A DNA stretch of 63,227 nucleotides, the filler included, from Asterionella formosa (Eukaryota), in assembly GCA_002256025.1 (NCBI GenBank). It is 16 parts of 16 records of this genome, joined end to end, with 100 filler letters (N's around TTAATTAATTAA, not from the genome) between each part and the next. Parts side by side here need not be neighbours in the genome. Positions count along the whole stretch, not along the records: positions 1 to 3,870 come from NKIB01013860.1; positions 3,971 to 7,840 come from NKIB01013861.1; positions 7,941 to 11,808 come from NKIB01013863.1; positions 11,909 to 15,775 come from NKIB01013864.1; 12 more parts are not named here. The stretch is one strand, 5' to 3'. Below the pieces are notes generated by a model. The model did no database searches and was not told the origin of the DNA. It saw only the letters and a program-made list of their open reading frames with translations. The position numbers and the translations under genes were made by a program. Positions 1 to 12,263 of the stretch are shown here, one piece after another. The first letter of the stretch is position 1, and each line of letters opens with the position of its first letter.

Positions 1-1487
1 AGCGTCCACGAAGGTACCTCTTCGCTGGATACTTTCTATTGCTCATGAGGTACCAGACTGGCTCCCAGAACTTAAATCTGAAAACTGAGATGTCTGGCGT
101 ATCCCCATCAAGCGCCTCCCACGGCGTTCTCCACGTCTGTTGCAGTGTGGTTGAAACAGTCGCAGAGATGCTGATACAGCAGATGCATTAGCTCTGGAGG
201 CACCATGCGTCGTATTGCTATAGTTTCAGCATGCCGCTTCATATCCTTCCATCTTCTTTCCACGAGATTTTGATTCTGGTGATCAGGTTCTGATGCAGCT
301 ACTTGGATTAGCGTGAGCCGCATGAATCGTTTGTAGGCTGCATTCTGGACTAGGTTGGAGGCAAAATCCGAACATATCTTGTCCAGCATTCCAATATCCC
401 TTGTAAACTCCCATAGGTACTGAAGCACTACATCAGATGTGTTGGTCTTTCCCAGTGGGTAGTAGATAGTAGCCTTGGATTTCCCTCCATAGCACACTAG
501 GGCATACTCTTTGTCCTTCGCCTTCGTCCACAGTTCGATGTACCAAGTTTCGCGGAGACGGCGTGATTTGAGCATAGAAAACCTGGCCACGTGGTGGTCT
601 TTAGGATTGTCCTCGTTCTCATGCTTTACGCTTGGGACTAGTTGAGTTGTTGCAAGGAAAGTTTTCTTAACTAATTCTTCACTAACATTGCCTAGGCGTT
701 CCCGCCATTTGGCCAACTGATGTGGCTGCCAATTATGTCCGTCCCCTGGCTCCCACAGATAGCGCCTACGGGTCACCGACAGCTCTGCGAAATCCTCAGA
801 GAAATCGACCGAGTCTTTGTTATGCACTGCATAGATTTCAACACGGTGTGCCCGGTCAGCTCTGGTAAGTTTTGAATCCGTGTCAGGTTTCAACCAGGCT
901 GAAGGGTTATAGTCCACAGCTCCCGTGAGGGTCCAGATCCTCAATGCTTGCAAATGGTCTTTGGTGGTCTTCTTGTGAGTGAAGAACGTTGTTTTTACAT
1001 CCCACCAAAGTGGGAGAGTAAAGTCTCCCAATAAGATCTGCTGTTTACCCCCAAACTTAATTGGTGTAGTGTCGCAGCTCAGTCCATGCCAAGACATCCG
1101 ATCTGGTGGTCAAAGTGATTCACGTGAGTCGCTCCTGAACATCACTTGATTCATGCGAAGGACGGCTAAGTCTTTCCGGGTCGTAGGGTTAACTAGGGTA
1201 GCAAGGACGTCGACTACTGGATAGGTCTTATCCCCCTCTCCGGTAGTCTTCGCCTTTCCATGCCGTTTGATAATCTTCCATCCATTTCCAGCCCATCCCT
1301 GGTCAGTTTCAGTGTCAATGACCGTGTATGGTCCCTCAGGGAATTTGGCAATGCGTAAAGTGTTATTTATAGGGCGTGGGTATGGGTATGGATTGGGTGG
1401 GCCAGATTTCCCAGTTGCGCCGTAATTGGATGCATTGAGCATGTTTTGACGTTTGATACCTGAAATTGAAGCAACAACGGTTAGCAA
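1..1487 (-). pseudogene. copia pol (protease-integrase) with an in-frame TGA at 1112-1110 and a frameshift near 140
   Basis: ORFs 1487-1110 and 1097-108 are in the same frame. The integrase C-terminal motif continues in another frame to the window start. Confidence 0.8.
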
Positions 1488-1631
1488 AACAACTAAGCAC
1501 CTACAAAAACTTTCGTTAATTTGTTGCTATTTTATCGTGCTAAATTGTTCCTAAATTTCTAAGTTGGTGTACCATATGGGTCTCTCTGATGCCTAATGTC
1601 TAAAAATGATACTTCCAGCATGGGTAGGGTT

Positions 1632-3110
1632 TTAGCCTAGCCTATCGGCAACTTGAGCCATCGAGTGATTACTGTCGTCGTCACTGTTGGGTGTCTCGGC
1701 CTTGCGCTTGGGAGACTTAATCTTCTTAACACGGACACGGCATGCATCAGTCTTTTCAACTTTCTTGCGTTTGTTTCCTTTGTAAGAACCATTTCCAGCC
1801 CCCCCCCCTTTCTTTCCTAGGGTGTTCTTGTCCTTCTCAAGACGTTCCCTAAAGATTTTTAAGGACTCTTCGTCTCCCTGGAGTTGGTTAAACATCCGGG
1901 TCTTAAATGCCTTGAGGGTATCTTCAGTTCTTTGCCCCCTTTTTTCTTTCTTGCCTGCATTCCCCATTTCCTTAGTATTCTGGGGCACCTCATGATAAGT
2001 GTCATGCTTGGGCTTGGAAGAAATCTTCCTACCCTTGTAGATCTCATCGTCGGCATCGGGTCCCACCATTCCCAAGAGGAGGTGGTAGATCCCATCAAGG
2101 GATCCATCCTCCTTGTACCTCTCAAGACTCTCTTTGACCTCCTTCGTGTTATACTTGGGGTCGATCAACTTGGCAGTGTACAGCTTCCACCAATTGTAAC
2201 CGTCAGGGATTTCATCTGCCTTGAGTTTCTTCTCCGTAACAATTTTCATGTACTGTGTAAGTTTACAGATACAATCGGTGAACGAGTTATGAAACTCACG
2301 TAGTGATCCTCCTTCAGTAAGGCGGAGTTTGTCCAACACCTTGTTGTACTTTTTGATCCAGTGAATTACCAGTTCTTCCCCTTCGTAATAACCACGGAGT
2401 TTGTGCCAAGCTTCATGTCCATCATGCTCCTCATTGGTGGTGAGTGCCAATCTAGCAACCGCTGCAGTTGTGATGGAAGCAACCAGCATGCCCCAGACAA
2501 GGCCGTTTTCGTCGGGGTTCTTGAGGGCATAGTTTCGGGATTTGATTACCTTGATGAGGTTCGAGGTTGCAAAATGCCCGATACTCTGCTGGCTCCTTTC
2601 CAGCCAATCTCCATGGTCAGCGGAAAATTGTCTGAGCTGCTGGACAGGTGTGGTGAAGACACGTTGGACTGATTTGTTCCCAGGCCCCCAGTGCGTAGAA
2701 GCCACTGGGGTAGGCCAGTTGTGAGCTACATGGCTGTAGCGAGCTGCCACCTCATGTTACATCTCGTCAAAGTCCTCCGGGATCTCCTCAATGTCCAAGA
2801 GCTGCCACTTAGCTAGGACAGTAAGCCATTCAAGAGCAGGTTGGACTGAATTGATAAATGCTGGGCTTTGGATTTGGTGGACGTTAAGGACGTTGCGCAG
2901 GTTTTCCATCCCAGTCACTTTCATGGTGGTGAGGATTTTCTTCATTGCAACAGCATCAGTATGCCCGTCTTCATCGGGGTCATCTGCATGTCTAAGATCA
3001 ACTAGGAGAAGATCGAGGACCATCTGATTGAGCTCGGGATATATGCTTTCGGCATTATCTTCCACTGCTACATTGGCGTGGACCGCACGGTTGCGAAAAG
3101 ATAGAACCAT
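1632..3110 (-). pseudogene. copia gag with one in-frame TAA (2759-2757)
   Basis: The 117-aa and 372-aa ORFs share a frame (TAA CAT GAG GTG) and end in a basic C-terminus. Confidence 0.75.
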
Positions 3111-3128
3111 ATTGGGCTAGTACTCATC

Positions 3129-3573
3129 TGTGTGTTCGAGATAACGTGTTAGTCAGCTTTATAAACACAGGTGAACTTTGGGTCTTTATTCCTTTATGTT
3201 TTGTTATTGCAATCCTCTTTATAAAATTTACGAACAAACGAACGAACGAACAAACGAACGACGCTACTACGTGATGGAAAATACGATAGGGTCCGTGGAT
3301 TTGGACCCCCCTCACCCGAGGGGTTGATTGTCGTGTCATAAACAATGCACACTCCCTTGAATATTGTCCATGCGTGTATGGGTAACTTTGGAGTTAGCTC
3401 TCCAGGTTTTCCCAGTATTGGTCCCCATGCGCTTCCCCTTCCAAGTAACCACTTATCAGGGTTACACTAAGATATCCCTCACCGGGTTCCTCCATTGTCA
3501 CCCCCACCCGTAGAGGGGATACAAGGCAATCCCCTTGGGAACTAGCCGGGTTATAGGTTCGTTCCCTCTCACA
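3129..3573 (-). repeat. Putative 5' LTR (~445 bp) of the copia element
   Basis: The minus strand begins TGTG and ends CACA, and contains TATAAA and AATAAA. The gag ATG is 18 nt downstream. Homology to a different repeat (21820-22060) starts just beyond 3573. No second LTR is available to confirm it. Confidence 0.6.
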
Positions 3574-3583
3574 CTAACTATAA

Positions 3584-3820
3584 TTATTATGTAACTACTA
3601 AGTATGCATTGGATTCTATTAGATCCATTCAAAATCAACATCGTCATCAATGTCCCGTTGATTAATGCGGTCATTACAATCAATATTCCTTTCAGGAACA
3701 TTTGGTTGAAGTGATTCAACATATTGATGTATATCCTCTTCAATTACGTTGGGAAATGAGAAGTATGAGTGTGGGTAGATGATATTTGCGGTGGGAGTAG
3801 CAATTCCACTAGGATTCCTT
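3584..3820. repeat. Dispersed copy of an internal segment of the Plavaka-like element (matches ~21820-22060)
   Basis: Near-identical sequence in both places ('attatgtaactactaag...gagaagtatgagt...ccactaggattccttcca'). Confidence 0.85.
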
Positions 3821-3870
3821 CCATATTCAGATCGATTCTTTTGTGAAAGTCCAGTGTAGATTTCCTTATA

Positions 3871-3970
3871 NNNNNNNNNNNNNNNNNNNNNNNNNNNNNN
3901 NNNNNNNNNNNNNNTTAATTAATTAANNNNNNNNNNNNNNNNNNNNNNNNNNNNNNNNNNNNNNNNNNNN
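3871..3970. other. Artificial contig spacer (N44-TTAATTAATTAA-N44). It recurs at 7841, 11809, 15776, 19755, 23719, 27683, 31646, 35608, 39568, 43516, 47462, 51405, 55347 and 59288
   Basis: Identical 100-nt linker with stops in all six frames. Contig lengths fall almost monotonically from 3870 to 3840. Confidence 0.98.
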
Positions 3971-6039
3971 TATTTACAAGACCATCATCGATTTACCTTA
4001 GCTACATCCTATATTGTGTATTTGTTCATCTTATAGCCATATTATTACCATCGTATCTCTATGAAGTATTTGTCCAAAATATGTGGAAACGGATTGTAAT
4101 TTAACTACTAAATTTAGAATTGTTTCAATCTATCTATATAAAGAGTTATCTCACACCAACTCACTCCTGTTCACTCTCTTGTCTGCTGCTTCCCTGCTAC
4201 CCCGTTTCTGACACAACTGTAACTGCCCACTTTGTCCTTTCGCTTGTACCTGTCTGATTCTGAAGGATAAACCGATGTTGCTGATAGTGGCGGGTTGCCT
4301 ATCCTCATTCCCTTCTTCTCCATATCAGCGCTTTCCTTCATTATAAGTATTCATGTTAATGTTGTAACAACTGCAAAGGAAATACTTGTTAGTCATATTA
4401 TTCTTATGCAACAACATTCAATTCCATTCTATTTTCACTTCTTACCATGAATAGATGTATTCCGTCACACAGGTTTTCTCATCACAATGTGTCAAACGAT
4501 CCATTTCGATTGTTCACTGTATTAACTAATGGGAAGGAATTGTGTGTTAGGGTTGTCTTGTCTAGATTTTAAGAATACAACAGGCAGTTCCAATCATGAT
4601 GGTATGGTCATTTACCGCAACAATGATAGGAATCCATGTTCAGTTTCTATATTCCTCAATAAATCGTGAAGACATTGATGTTCAGAGCTTCCATGTACTC
4701 TTTGTATACAATTAACCTGATAGATATAAAAGGATGTGTTACTTATGTTCTAACTGGTGATTCTTGTGAGCATTGATCCAACAACAGCACTTACCGCAAC
4801 CGTCATTTCTTCACATTGAATTTGTCCCCACAAGTATGCATATACAGGTAAGCAAATAAACACTTGAAGAGAAAGCACGCATTGAGTTACTGTCAACCCA
4901 ACAATTGAATATTCTGAAGTATTCCAATGACCTACCGTGTCTTTCGGCCTTATGTTCAGCACCATTCCTTATTGTGTTTCCAATGAAGTCGCAAGGTATT
5001 GGTAAATTGATCTGTAGCTGTAATAAACTGCTTATCTGAATGTTTTTTATACATTTCATGTAGCGCCGTGCATGAGAATGAAGATGTACACACGAGTCCC
5101 AATAAAATGAGCCAACCATATATATGTATATATATATTCATTTGTATGTTTGAATATTTCAAACACCCGTGTACCAGTACTATCGTACACATAGATCTGA
5201 ATATCATCAATATTACCGATACTTCATTCGATTTTATAAAATGTTGTATGATTTCATTTGTTTTGTAATTATTCTGCAAAAATTTCAGTAAGTGATATTA
5301 GAATATATACAATGCTGTATGAGTTTATTATTTACCACGACCTAATATAGAGTATAAATATAGGTTGTAAGATAATTCGGTACGTAGTAATAGTTAATGA
5401 TAAAATGAAGCCCCATCATAGAGGATACCGGTATGTGATATGCATAAATCCATATCACAAATCATATTATAGTGATGTACATATCAACGCATCCGTATAC
5501 TTAGATCCTATCCACCGTATAATACTATCATATTAACTGTTGGCTTTTACTGTATACATTAAAAAGCGAATTTATATATTAAGTAATATATTTATGATTT
5601 ATTTATTTATTTTCTGTGATGTATTGATAACACTTGCGTACATATTTTATTGTATTTTATTATCATTGTATTATTTTAGCATAATCATATTTTGATTAAA
5701 AATATATCAGAAACATTTTATTAAATCATCATAGTTCTATGATCAATGTATCATAGCTATGTGATATACTTTATTCAATATTACGTATCATATTTTGGTG
5801 ATGTATGCATCGATGTAACCCTATCGTGATATCACATTATCATCTCATCAATCATTCAATGTTTATTGGAAACTGTATTCTGCATTGTACTATGGATTAT
5901 GATATTATGACACGCACTGTAGCAGCTAAGTCACTACTGTAATGTAAACAAGTCGACAGTGCACATACACACACGCTTATCAGGTTTGATGCAATGGACA
6001 GTGGTTCCAACGAGCGAATGACAATACCACGGATTCCAA

Positions 6040-6400
6040 TTTTTCCAGCAGCAAACCGCAATGATGAAGGACACTTGTCCCTCTATTGATGAGGATGACA
6101 CGGACAACCAATTTTTCCAGGAGCAAACAACAATGAAGAGACCCACTTGTCGCTCTATTGATGGTAACAAAGATGCGGACAAGTTCAACAGTGAATACAA
6201 GAACAACATACCAATGAGAACAAGTCGACAATGTGTGTACGCACACGCCAAGCAGGTTTGAGGCAACGGACAGTTCCAACAAGCAAATGACGATACAGAT
6301 ATCAAATTTTTCCTACAAGCAAACAACAATGAAGAGAGCCACTTGCTTTCGCTCTCTTGATGGTATCAAAGATGCGGACAAGTTCAATAGTAAATACAAG
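6040..6400 (+). repeat. Short imperfect local repeats (3 related copies)
   Basis: 'caaacaacaatgaagag..ccacttg..cgctct.ttgatggta.caaagatgcggacaagttcaa' occurs at ~6124 and ~6320, with a partial copy at ~6051. Confidence 0.7.
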
Positions 6401-6789
6401 TACAGCATGTCAAATGCAGAAACGAGCAACATGAAAAAGAAATCGTAATCAGAATCATTCTATAGCTATAGCTATGTGGACAGTAGTCTGTTACATTTTC
6501 GTATCTCCTTCTATGCTGAATCTCAATAGTAGATGTAGTATCATGTGAGAATTGAAAATGTCAACGAGAACAAGTAGAATGTGTTTGTTTATGGGTTGAT
6601 TGGCGAGATTGTAATGCTGGTGGTCGACAAAACGGATTCACAATGTGCGCTGTGTGCGGAACCATTACGAGTTCCAATGATTTCTTCTCTGTAAAATCTT
6701 AATTGAATGATTAGGAACAAAGGTTCACTGCACATGACAATTAGTAAAGATATAATGATCACATGACCAACAATTGAAGACGTCGTTAT

Positions 6790-7097
6790 CGCAAACAATC
6801 ATTCCACTTGTCATCGATAGAATTTTGTTGTTGTTGCAAAAATCAGAGTGATGACGGATGGAAATGACAAGCCAAATAACATTGCTTCAGCTGGTACATT
6901 ATCCTACCAAGAAATTCGAATACAGGAATCTAATAAAAACAATACATATAATAATTAAATATATGTAGTCAAAAGAGATACTATTTAAATTACAATTGCA
7001 TTTATCAAAATTATTAGATGATATAACGAAAAATTATGATCAGATGATCACGATCCTTTGATGCATCATGGAAATATGATAGTTTTTATTTGCAGAC
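6790..7097 (-). repeat. Terminal segment of dispersed repeat family A
   Basis: Reverse-complement match to 18597-18900 and direct match to 31780-32069. It ends 'tttttatttgcagac'. Confidence 0.8.
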
Positions 7098-7139
7098 AAA
7101 ACAGGCTCCACGGGCTTGGTTCTTGATAATTTAAGAAAG

Positions 7140-7840
7140 TCTGGAAGATCCATGTTTCTTTATTCACCCAGATATGGTGTACCTAAACTACGTAGATGAT
7201 GGGATACTAATTGGAAAAAATGGTCCCAAGATTGAATCCATGATTGATGATCTCAGTACAACACTTGAGCTAACAAGAGAAGGAGACCTTTCGGCTTTCT
7301 TAGGAATACAAATTGATAAGATTGAGAATGGCTCTTTAAGGCTGACACAGGAAGGCTTAATCAAGCGAGTGTTAGAAGCTACTAAAATGCAAGAATGCAG
7401 ACCCACAATAACACCAGCTGTGAAGGATACATTGGGTGCAGATGTTGATGGAGAACCGGCAGAAGAACAATGGAACTTTAGGTCCGTGGTGGGAATGCTA
7501 TTATACTTGGCATCAAACTCGCAACCAGACATAGCCTATGCAGTACATCAGTGTGATCGTTTCTCCCATTGTCCTATGGTATCACATGAAGGGGCAATTA
7601 AGAGGATCTGCCGCTATCTGAAAGGAACTATGAAAGAAGGAATTGTTTTCACATCTTCTGAGGAACTTGCAATAGATTGCTATGCAGATTCTGACTTTGC
7701 GGGTTCTTTGTATGGTACTGAGGATTCTCATGATCCGATTTGCGCTAAGTCCAGGACAGGATACGTCATAACGTTAGCAGGATGTCCGCTACTATGGGTA
7801 TCAAAGCTACAGACCACTATAGCCCTATCTACTATGGAAG
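7140..7840 (+). mobile_element. Ty1/copia reverse transcriptase-RNase H fragment
   Basis: Motifs 'EDPCFF', 'YVDDG', 'FRSVVGMLLYL..NSQPDIAYAVHQC', 'CYADSDFAG', 'KSRTGY' and 'SKLQTTIALSTME'. Confidence 0.95.
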
Positions 7841-9263
7841 NNNNNNNNNNNNNNNNNNNNNNNNNNNNNNNNNNNNNNNNNNNNTTAATTAATTAANNNN
7901 NNNNNNNNNNNNNNNNNNNNNNNNNNNNNNNNNNNNNNNNTTCTGTAGCAGCTCTGTAGAGAGGCTGTGAAGGGCAAAGCGCGCCCCCCCCCCCCCCCCC
8001 CTGACAAGCATTGTGCCGCCTTTCTAGGTGGTCGAAGTTTCCCTATTGCTGCGGCTACTAAGACAATCACCTTTCGCAAAAGATTGGGACTCACCTGCAC
8101 TTTACAAAACAAGGGAAGCACAGGTCTTGTCGGCAGACCATTCTTAAATTCCACGTGTAACCACGTGGCCTGAGAAGACACGAAAAAGTGAGTTTCAAAT
8201 TTTTGTATGTTTTGTTGATGCAATTAACAAGTCCGAAAACATTGAGTGAAGCACATCGAAATAATATAACCTCGTTGAGCTGGGCCAACATTTTATCTTC
8301 ATATTTGATATATTTTTAAATGTAAATGCTTTTCTTCAGTTGGATTTTTATTATGGTGCGATTCTGTGCGCAATCCCGATATAAATACACTCCATATGTA
8401 GGGATGAAGTGATGGGGTCGGCAGAACATTTTTCGAACGGGGCAATATGCAGTTTTTGACTGGTACCGCCGGGTAGCAGGGTACTGAATACCGAAACAAA
8501 GAGCACCAGGTACCGAGTGCATGGTACATACCGATGCAACTACATTGTTGATATTGTTTAGGGCTATTGAACTTTTTGCCAGCCTACTTATTTTAAATAT
8601 CTACTGACATTTCTTCAACATACGACCTAGTACCTGGTACCTTAAATGTCTTGCATTGTAATGAGCAATGAGAAGTGTAAAAGTGCGACAGCAAGAACGA
8701 CAAAACCATGTCACTTCAGGAATGAAAATCATTGATGTATTGGAAGCATGCAGTCGTTTGACTCGTTCAATCAACTTGTCGCTCAGAGTTAAATATTAAA
8801 AGCATCATGTCACACAAGACACGATGGAGACGTTTTGAATTCTCTGGAACGTACTGGAACCTTTTGGCTTATCCCAAACAACGACTATCCTCAAGACCGA
8901 CTGAGTATTGTAAATGTTCTTAAAAACATTGGCATGAAAGGGCAATTGCATGTATGGATCTATGCAACATTGTCCAAGCAAGATTCTGCTTACAATTACT
9001 CGAGTACAGAGCAAAAGAAAACTTGGGATATCGTGGACCACCGTAGTGTAATGACAAGAAAACTCAAGAATTAATACGACTACGGTAGTATTTCGGTATT
9101 GCATCTGCCATTGATGATAAGGAAGTTCACCACTTCGATCATTCCTATGATAATACACTAGAAGGAATGATGATAATGCTAAACTATTGGGAACTAGATG
9201 TCTTCTAAAATAGATTGTACCGGTTCCCTTACTTGATAAGAAACGTACATGTAGAAGGAATTT

Positions 9264-9935
9264 TTATGCTACTCGAGGAACAACAGTCACTTGGATTCTT
9301 TCTTCTTGTTCCAACCATTTCTCATACAAAATACTGCTGTTACTCGGCTTTTGGAGGATCCACTTTCGAAACTTTCGTACCAATATCTCTTTGGATTCCG
9401 CCATTTTATCGTGTGAACTGGCGACACGCTCCTTCCGAATCTTCATTGCAGCAGAGGAAGCCTCGCTGAGTTCCCGTCGAGAGTATCCTTCGTTGAGTAA
9501 CCATTCTTCGCGAACATACTTAGGAACAATCATGTTTCCCTTGGATCGACGAGGGGGTCGGCATAGTTCGTAATTGTCAACGGAAAAAAGACCTGCTTGT
9601 GCATAAATCCATTGAAGAGATATTGGAGGCCCAGCGCTCGTCGATGGATTATCACCAAGCAATCGAGGGTACTCTCTGATTTCAACAGTAGAAAACTGGG
9701 GTTTGGTTTGTTTTATGTCGCGGCAACAGGACAGTGTATGCGTTGCAAGCGATTCCTCTATCGACCGTACTTTGATGCACCCCTTCATAGTTAGTCCATT
9801 GTTTTGCAGACGATGTAATGATGTCGACAAGTCAAGCGTGGTCCCGGAAACATCGAGTTCAGTTGAAAAGGGAAACCCTGGTAGAGATTCTTTCTCCCGG
9901 CAATGGCTTCTCGTCGGTGTTGATTGCGTCTTCAT
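9264..9935 (-). CDS. Uncharacterised protein of a diatom-type expanded family (VEIREY..LGDNPS...GPPISL.W motif), copy 1
   Basis: Intact 223-aa ATG-initiated ORF with motif 'VEIREYPRLLGDNPSTSAGPPISLQW...SVDNYE..RPPRRS...REEWL...GYS'. The frame is conserved in the duplicate. Confidence 0.8.
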   Translation of the reverse strand: MKTQSTPTRSHCREKESLPGFPFSTELDVSGTTLDLSTSLHRLQNNGLTMKGCIKVRSIEESLATHTLSCCRDIKQTKPQFSTVEIREYPRLLGDNPSTSAGPPISLQWIYAQAGLFSVDNYELCRPPRRSKGNMIVPKYVREEWLLNEGYSRRELSEASSAAMKIRKERVASSHDKMAESKEILVRKFRKWILQKPSNSSILYEKWLEQEERIQVTVVPRVA

Positions 9936-11057
9936 GTTGGCTTCCTTGATGACTGCAACGGCGACTCAGATAATGGTTTGAGCGTTATTGGTTTGCATTC
10001 AAGTAAAAATGAGAACTTGATGAGGACCGGGCGGTCTTTGCAAATTGGGGGGGGGGGGGGGGGGTCTGCCGCCCTTTTTTTTTTTTTTTTACGGGGGGGG
10101 GTTTTTAAATGTGATGATTGTAGAAATTTCCTGCAATTCCTGGCAGACGAAGCCCTTTCGACCAATCATATTCCGGGATTTTTCCCACCAAATGACCTTC
10201 TATTGTGAACCACGGACATGTGCTGTTACCAGGTACAGTAAAACCTAATTATTCTACGTGTCTTTTCGTATTTCGGAGTTAGTCCCGTCACCCAGCAGTA
10301 TTTCCTGTCTTTTTTACGGATAATTATCGGAGCTTTATTCGCTTTAAGAAAATTCATAACTGCCACATTGGTTGGTTGCTACTAACGGTACCAGGTGCAG
10401 TACCGAAATACTGGAACATAGGGAGTACCGAGTACATTTTACATTATTATATGCAACTACATTGTTCGCATTGTTTAGGGCTATTGAATTATTTGTCAGC
10501 CTTCTGGTACCTACTATACAAATATATCATATATATTGACATTTCTTTAACAGGTTACCAGGAGTACCGGTACCTTTTTCCTACAATGGCTTGCATCGTA
10601 TGTAGTATCAGCAATGAGAAGTGCGACAGCAGGAACGACAAAACCAAGTCGTTTCAGGAATGAAAATCATTGGCGTATTCGAAGGATGCAACCGTTTGAT
10701 TCGTTCAACCAAGTTGTCGCTCAGAGTTAAATATTAAAAGCATCATGTCACACAAGACACGATGGAGACGTTTTGAATTCTCTGGAACGTACTGGAACCT
10801 TTTGGCTTATCCCAAACAACGACTATCCTCAAGACCGACTGTGGGTTTTTCAACTCAAGAAAAAATACGACTACGGTAGTATACCGGTACTGCACCTGTC
10901 AACGACAAGGAAGTTCACTCGTTGATCATTCCAATGATGATACACTAGTATTACTCCAGGAGGAATGCTAATAATGCTAACTATTGGGAACTAGATGTCT
11001 TCAAAAATAGATTGTTCTAGTGCCCTTTTTTGATAAATATATATCTGGAAGGAATGT

Positions 11058-11729
11058 TTATGCTACTCGAGGAACAACAGTCACTTGGATTCTTTCTTCT
11101 TGTTCCAACCATTTCTCATACAAAATACTGCTGTTACTCGGCTTTTGGAGGATCCACTTTCGAAACTTTCGTACCAATATCTCTTTGGATTCCGCCATTT
11201 TGTCTTTTGAACTGGCGACACGCTCCTTGCGAATCTTCATTGCAGCAGAGGAAGCCTCGCTGAGTTCCCGTCGAGAGTATCCTTCGTTGAGTAACCATTC
11301 TTCGCGAACATACTTAGGAACAATCATGTTTCCCTTGGATCGACGAGGGGGTCGGCATAGTTCGTAATTGTCAACGGAAACAAGACCTGCTTGTGCATAA
11401 ATCCATTGAAGAGATATTGGAGGCCCAGCGCTCGTCGATGGATTATCACCAAGCAATCGAGGGTACTCTCTGATTTCAACAGTAGAAAACTGGGGTTTGG
11501 TTTGTTTTATGTCGCGGCAACAGGACAGTGTATGCATTGCAAGCGATTCCTCTAATGATCTTACTTTGATGCACCCCTTCATAGTTAGTCCATTGTTTTG
11601 CAGACGAAGTGACGATGTCGACAAGTCAAGCGTGGTCCCGGAAACATCGAGTTCACTTGAAAAGAAGAGAAACCCTGGTAGAGATTCTTTCTCCCGGAAA
11701 TGGCTTCTCGGTGTTGATTGCGTCTTCAT
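11058..11729 (-). CDS. Same uncharacterised family, tandem copy 2
   Basis: 223-aa ORF nearly identical to 9264-9935 and 1794 bp away. Indels between the copies are 3 nt and frame-preserving. Confidence 0.8.
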   Translation of the reverse strand: MKTQSTPRSHFREKESLPGFLFFSSELDVSGTTLDLSTSSLRLQNNGLTMKGCIKVRSLEESLAMHTLSCCRDIKQTKPQFSTVEIREYPRLLGDNPSTSAGPPISLQWIYAQAGLVSVDNYELCRPPRRSKGNMIVPKYVREEWLLNEGYSRRELSEASSAAMKIRKERVASSKDKMAESKEILVRKFRKWILQKPSNSSILYEKWLEQEERIQVTVVPRVA

Positions 11730-11908
11730 GTTGGCTTCCTTGATGACCGCAATGGCGACTTAGATAATGGTTTGAGCGTTATTGGTTTGCATTCAAGTAA
11801 AAATGAGANNNNNNNNNNNNNNNNNNNNNNNNNNNNNNNNNNNNNNNNNNNNTTAATTAATTAANNNNNNNNNNNNNNNNNNNNNNNNNNNNNNNNNNNN
11901 NNNNNNNN

Positions 11909-12003
11909 ACTGATTGAAAGTATTGAAAGACAAATCTAAATAATTGAGACTTGTCAAGAGTCCAATCTCTGTGGGAAGTGTGCCAGTGAAAGTGTTGTTG
12001 CTC
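11909..12003 (-). pseudogene. Leucine-rich repeat fragment at a contig edge
   Basis: The minus strand translates as SNNTFTGTLPTEIGLLTSLNYLDLSFNTFNQ. Confidence 0.65.
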
Positions 12004-12242
12004 TGCACCGGCTTTTTCTTTGTCTTGTGTTTGGAACTATGTTTGATTGTTGTTGTAGTTCATTTACCTCCATTTTGTTCTTCCTCTTGCTTGTGCTGTT
12101 TGGAATTGGAACAGTGGTCAGTCATGAACTTACTCTGCAAACCTTGTTCTTTTTCTACAGACAATCGATCTGTTTCTGGCAGGGCAGGGTTAAACCTTGG
12201 GAATAATGAAATGCGTCATGCTCCATGTCAGGAAGGCTAGGT

Positions 12243-12263
12243 TTAGGGTTAGGGTTAGGGTTA
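12243..12263 (+). repeat. Interstitial telomere-like (TTAGGG)3+ tract
   Basis: ttagggttagggttagggtta, with a degenerate 'agggcagggtt' at 12181. Confidence 0.7.

Larger units (their letters stand above)
1..3573 (-). mobile_element. Degenerate Ty1/copia (CoDi-like) LTR retrotransposon, 5' part (LTR, gag, protease, integrase), cut by the window edge
   Basis: The gag-like ORFs 3110-2757 and 2750-1632 are in frame, separated by one TAA, and contain 'DGHEAWHKL'. The protease-like motif is 'VIDTETDQ'. The integrase has 'KWRERLG...VKKTFLATTQ' and 'SEPDHQNQNLVERRW'. After a frameshift near 140 it continues 'RTPWEALDGDTPDISVFRFKFWEPVWY'. Confidence 0.9.

Noticed and set aside
3871..3970. Regularly spaced TTAATTAATTAA palindrome every ~3.95 kb
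   Set aside because: Artificial contig linker embedded in Ns. ORFs ending 'XXXLIN' are artefacts of it.
4500..4830. Possible OTU-like protease remnant on the minus strand ('RRNDGCGKCC')
   Set aside because: Only a weak short motif among many stops. It cannot be supported without a profile search.
10047..10110. Poly-G/poly-T tract (and poly-C at ~7985) as a G-quadruplex or regulatory element
   Set aside because: Homopolymer runs followed by degraded-looking sequence are typical of low-quality reads, so the exact sequence cannot be trusted.
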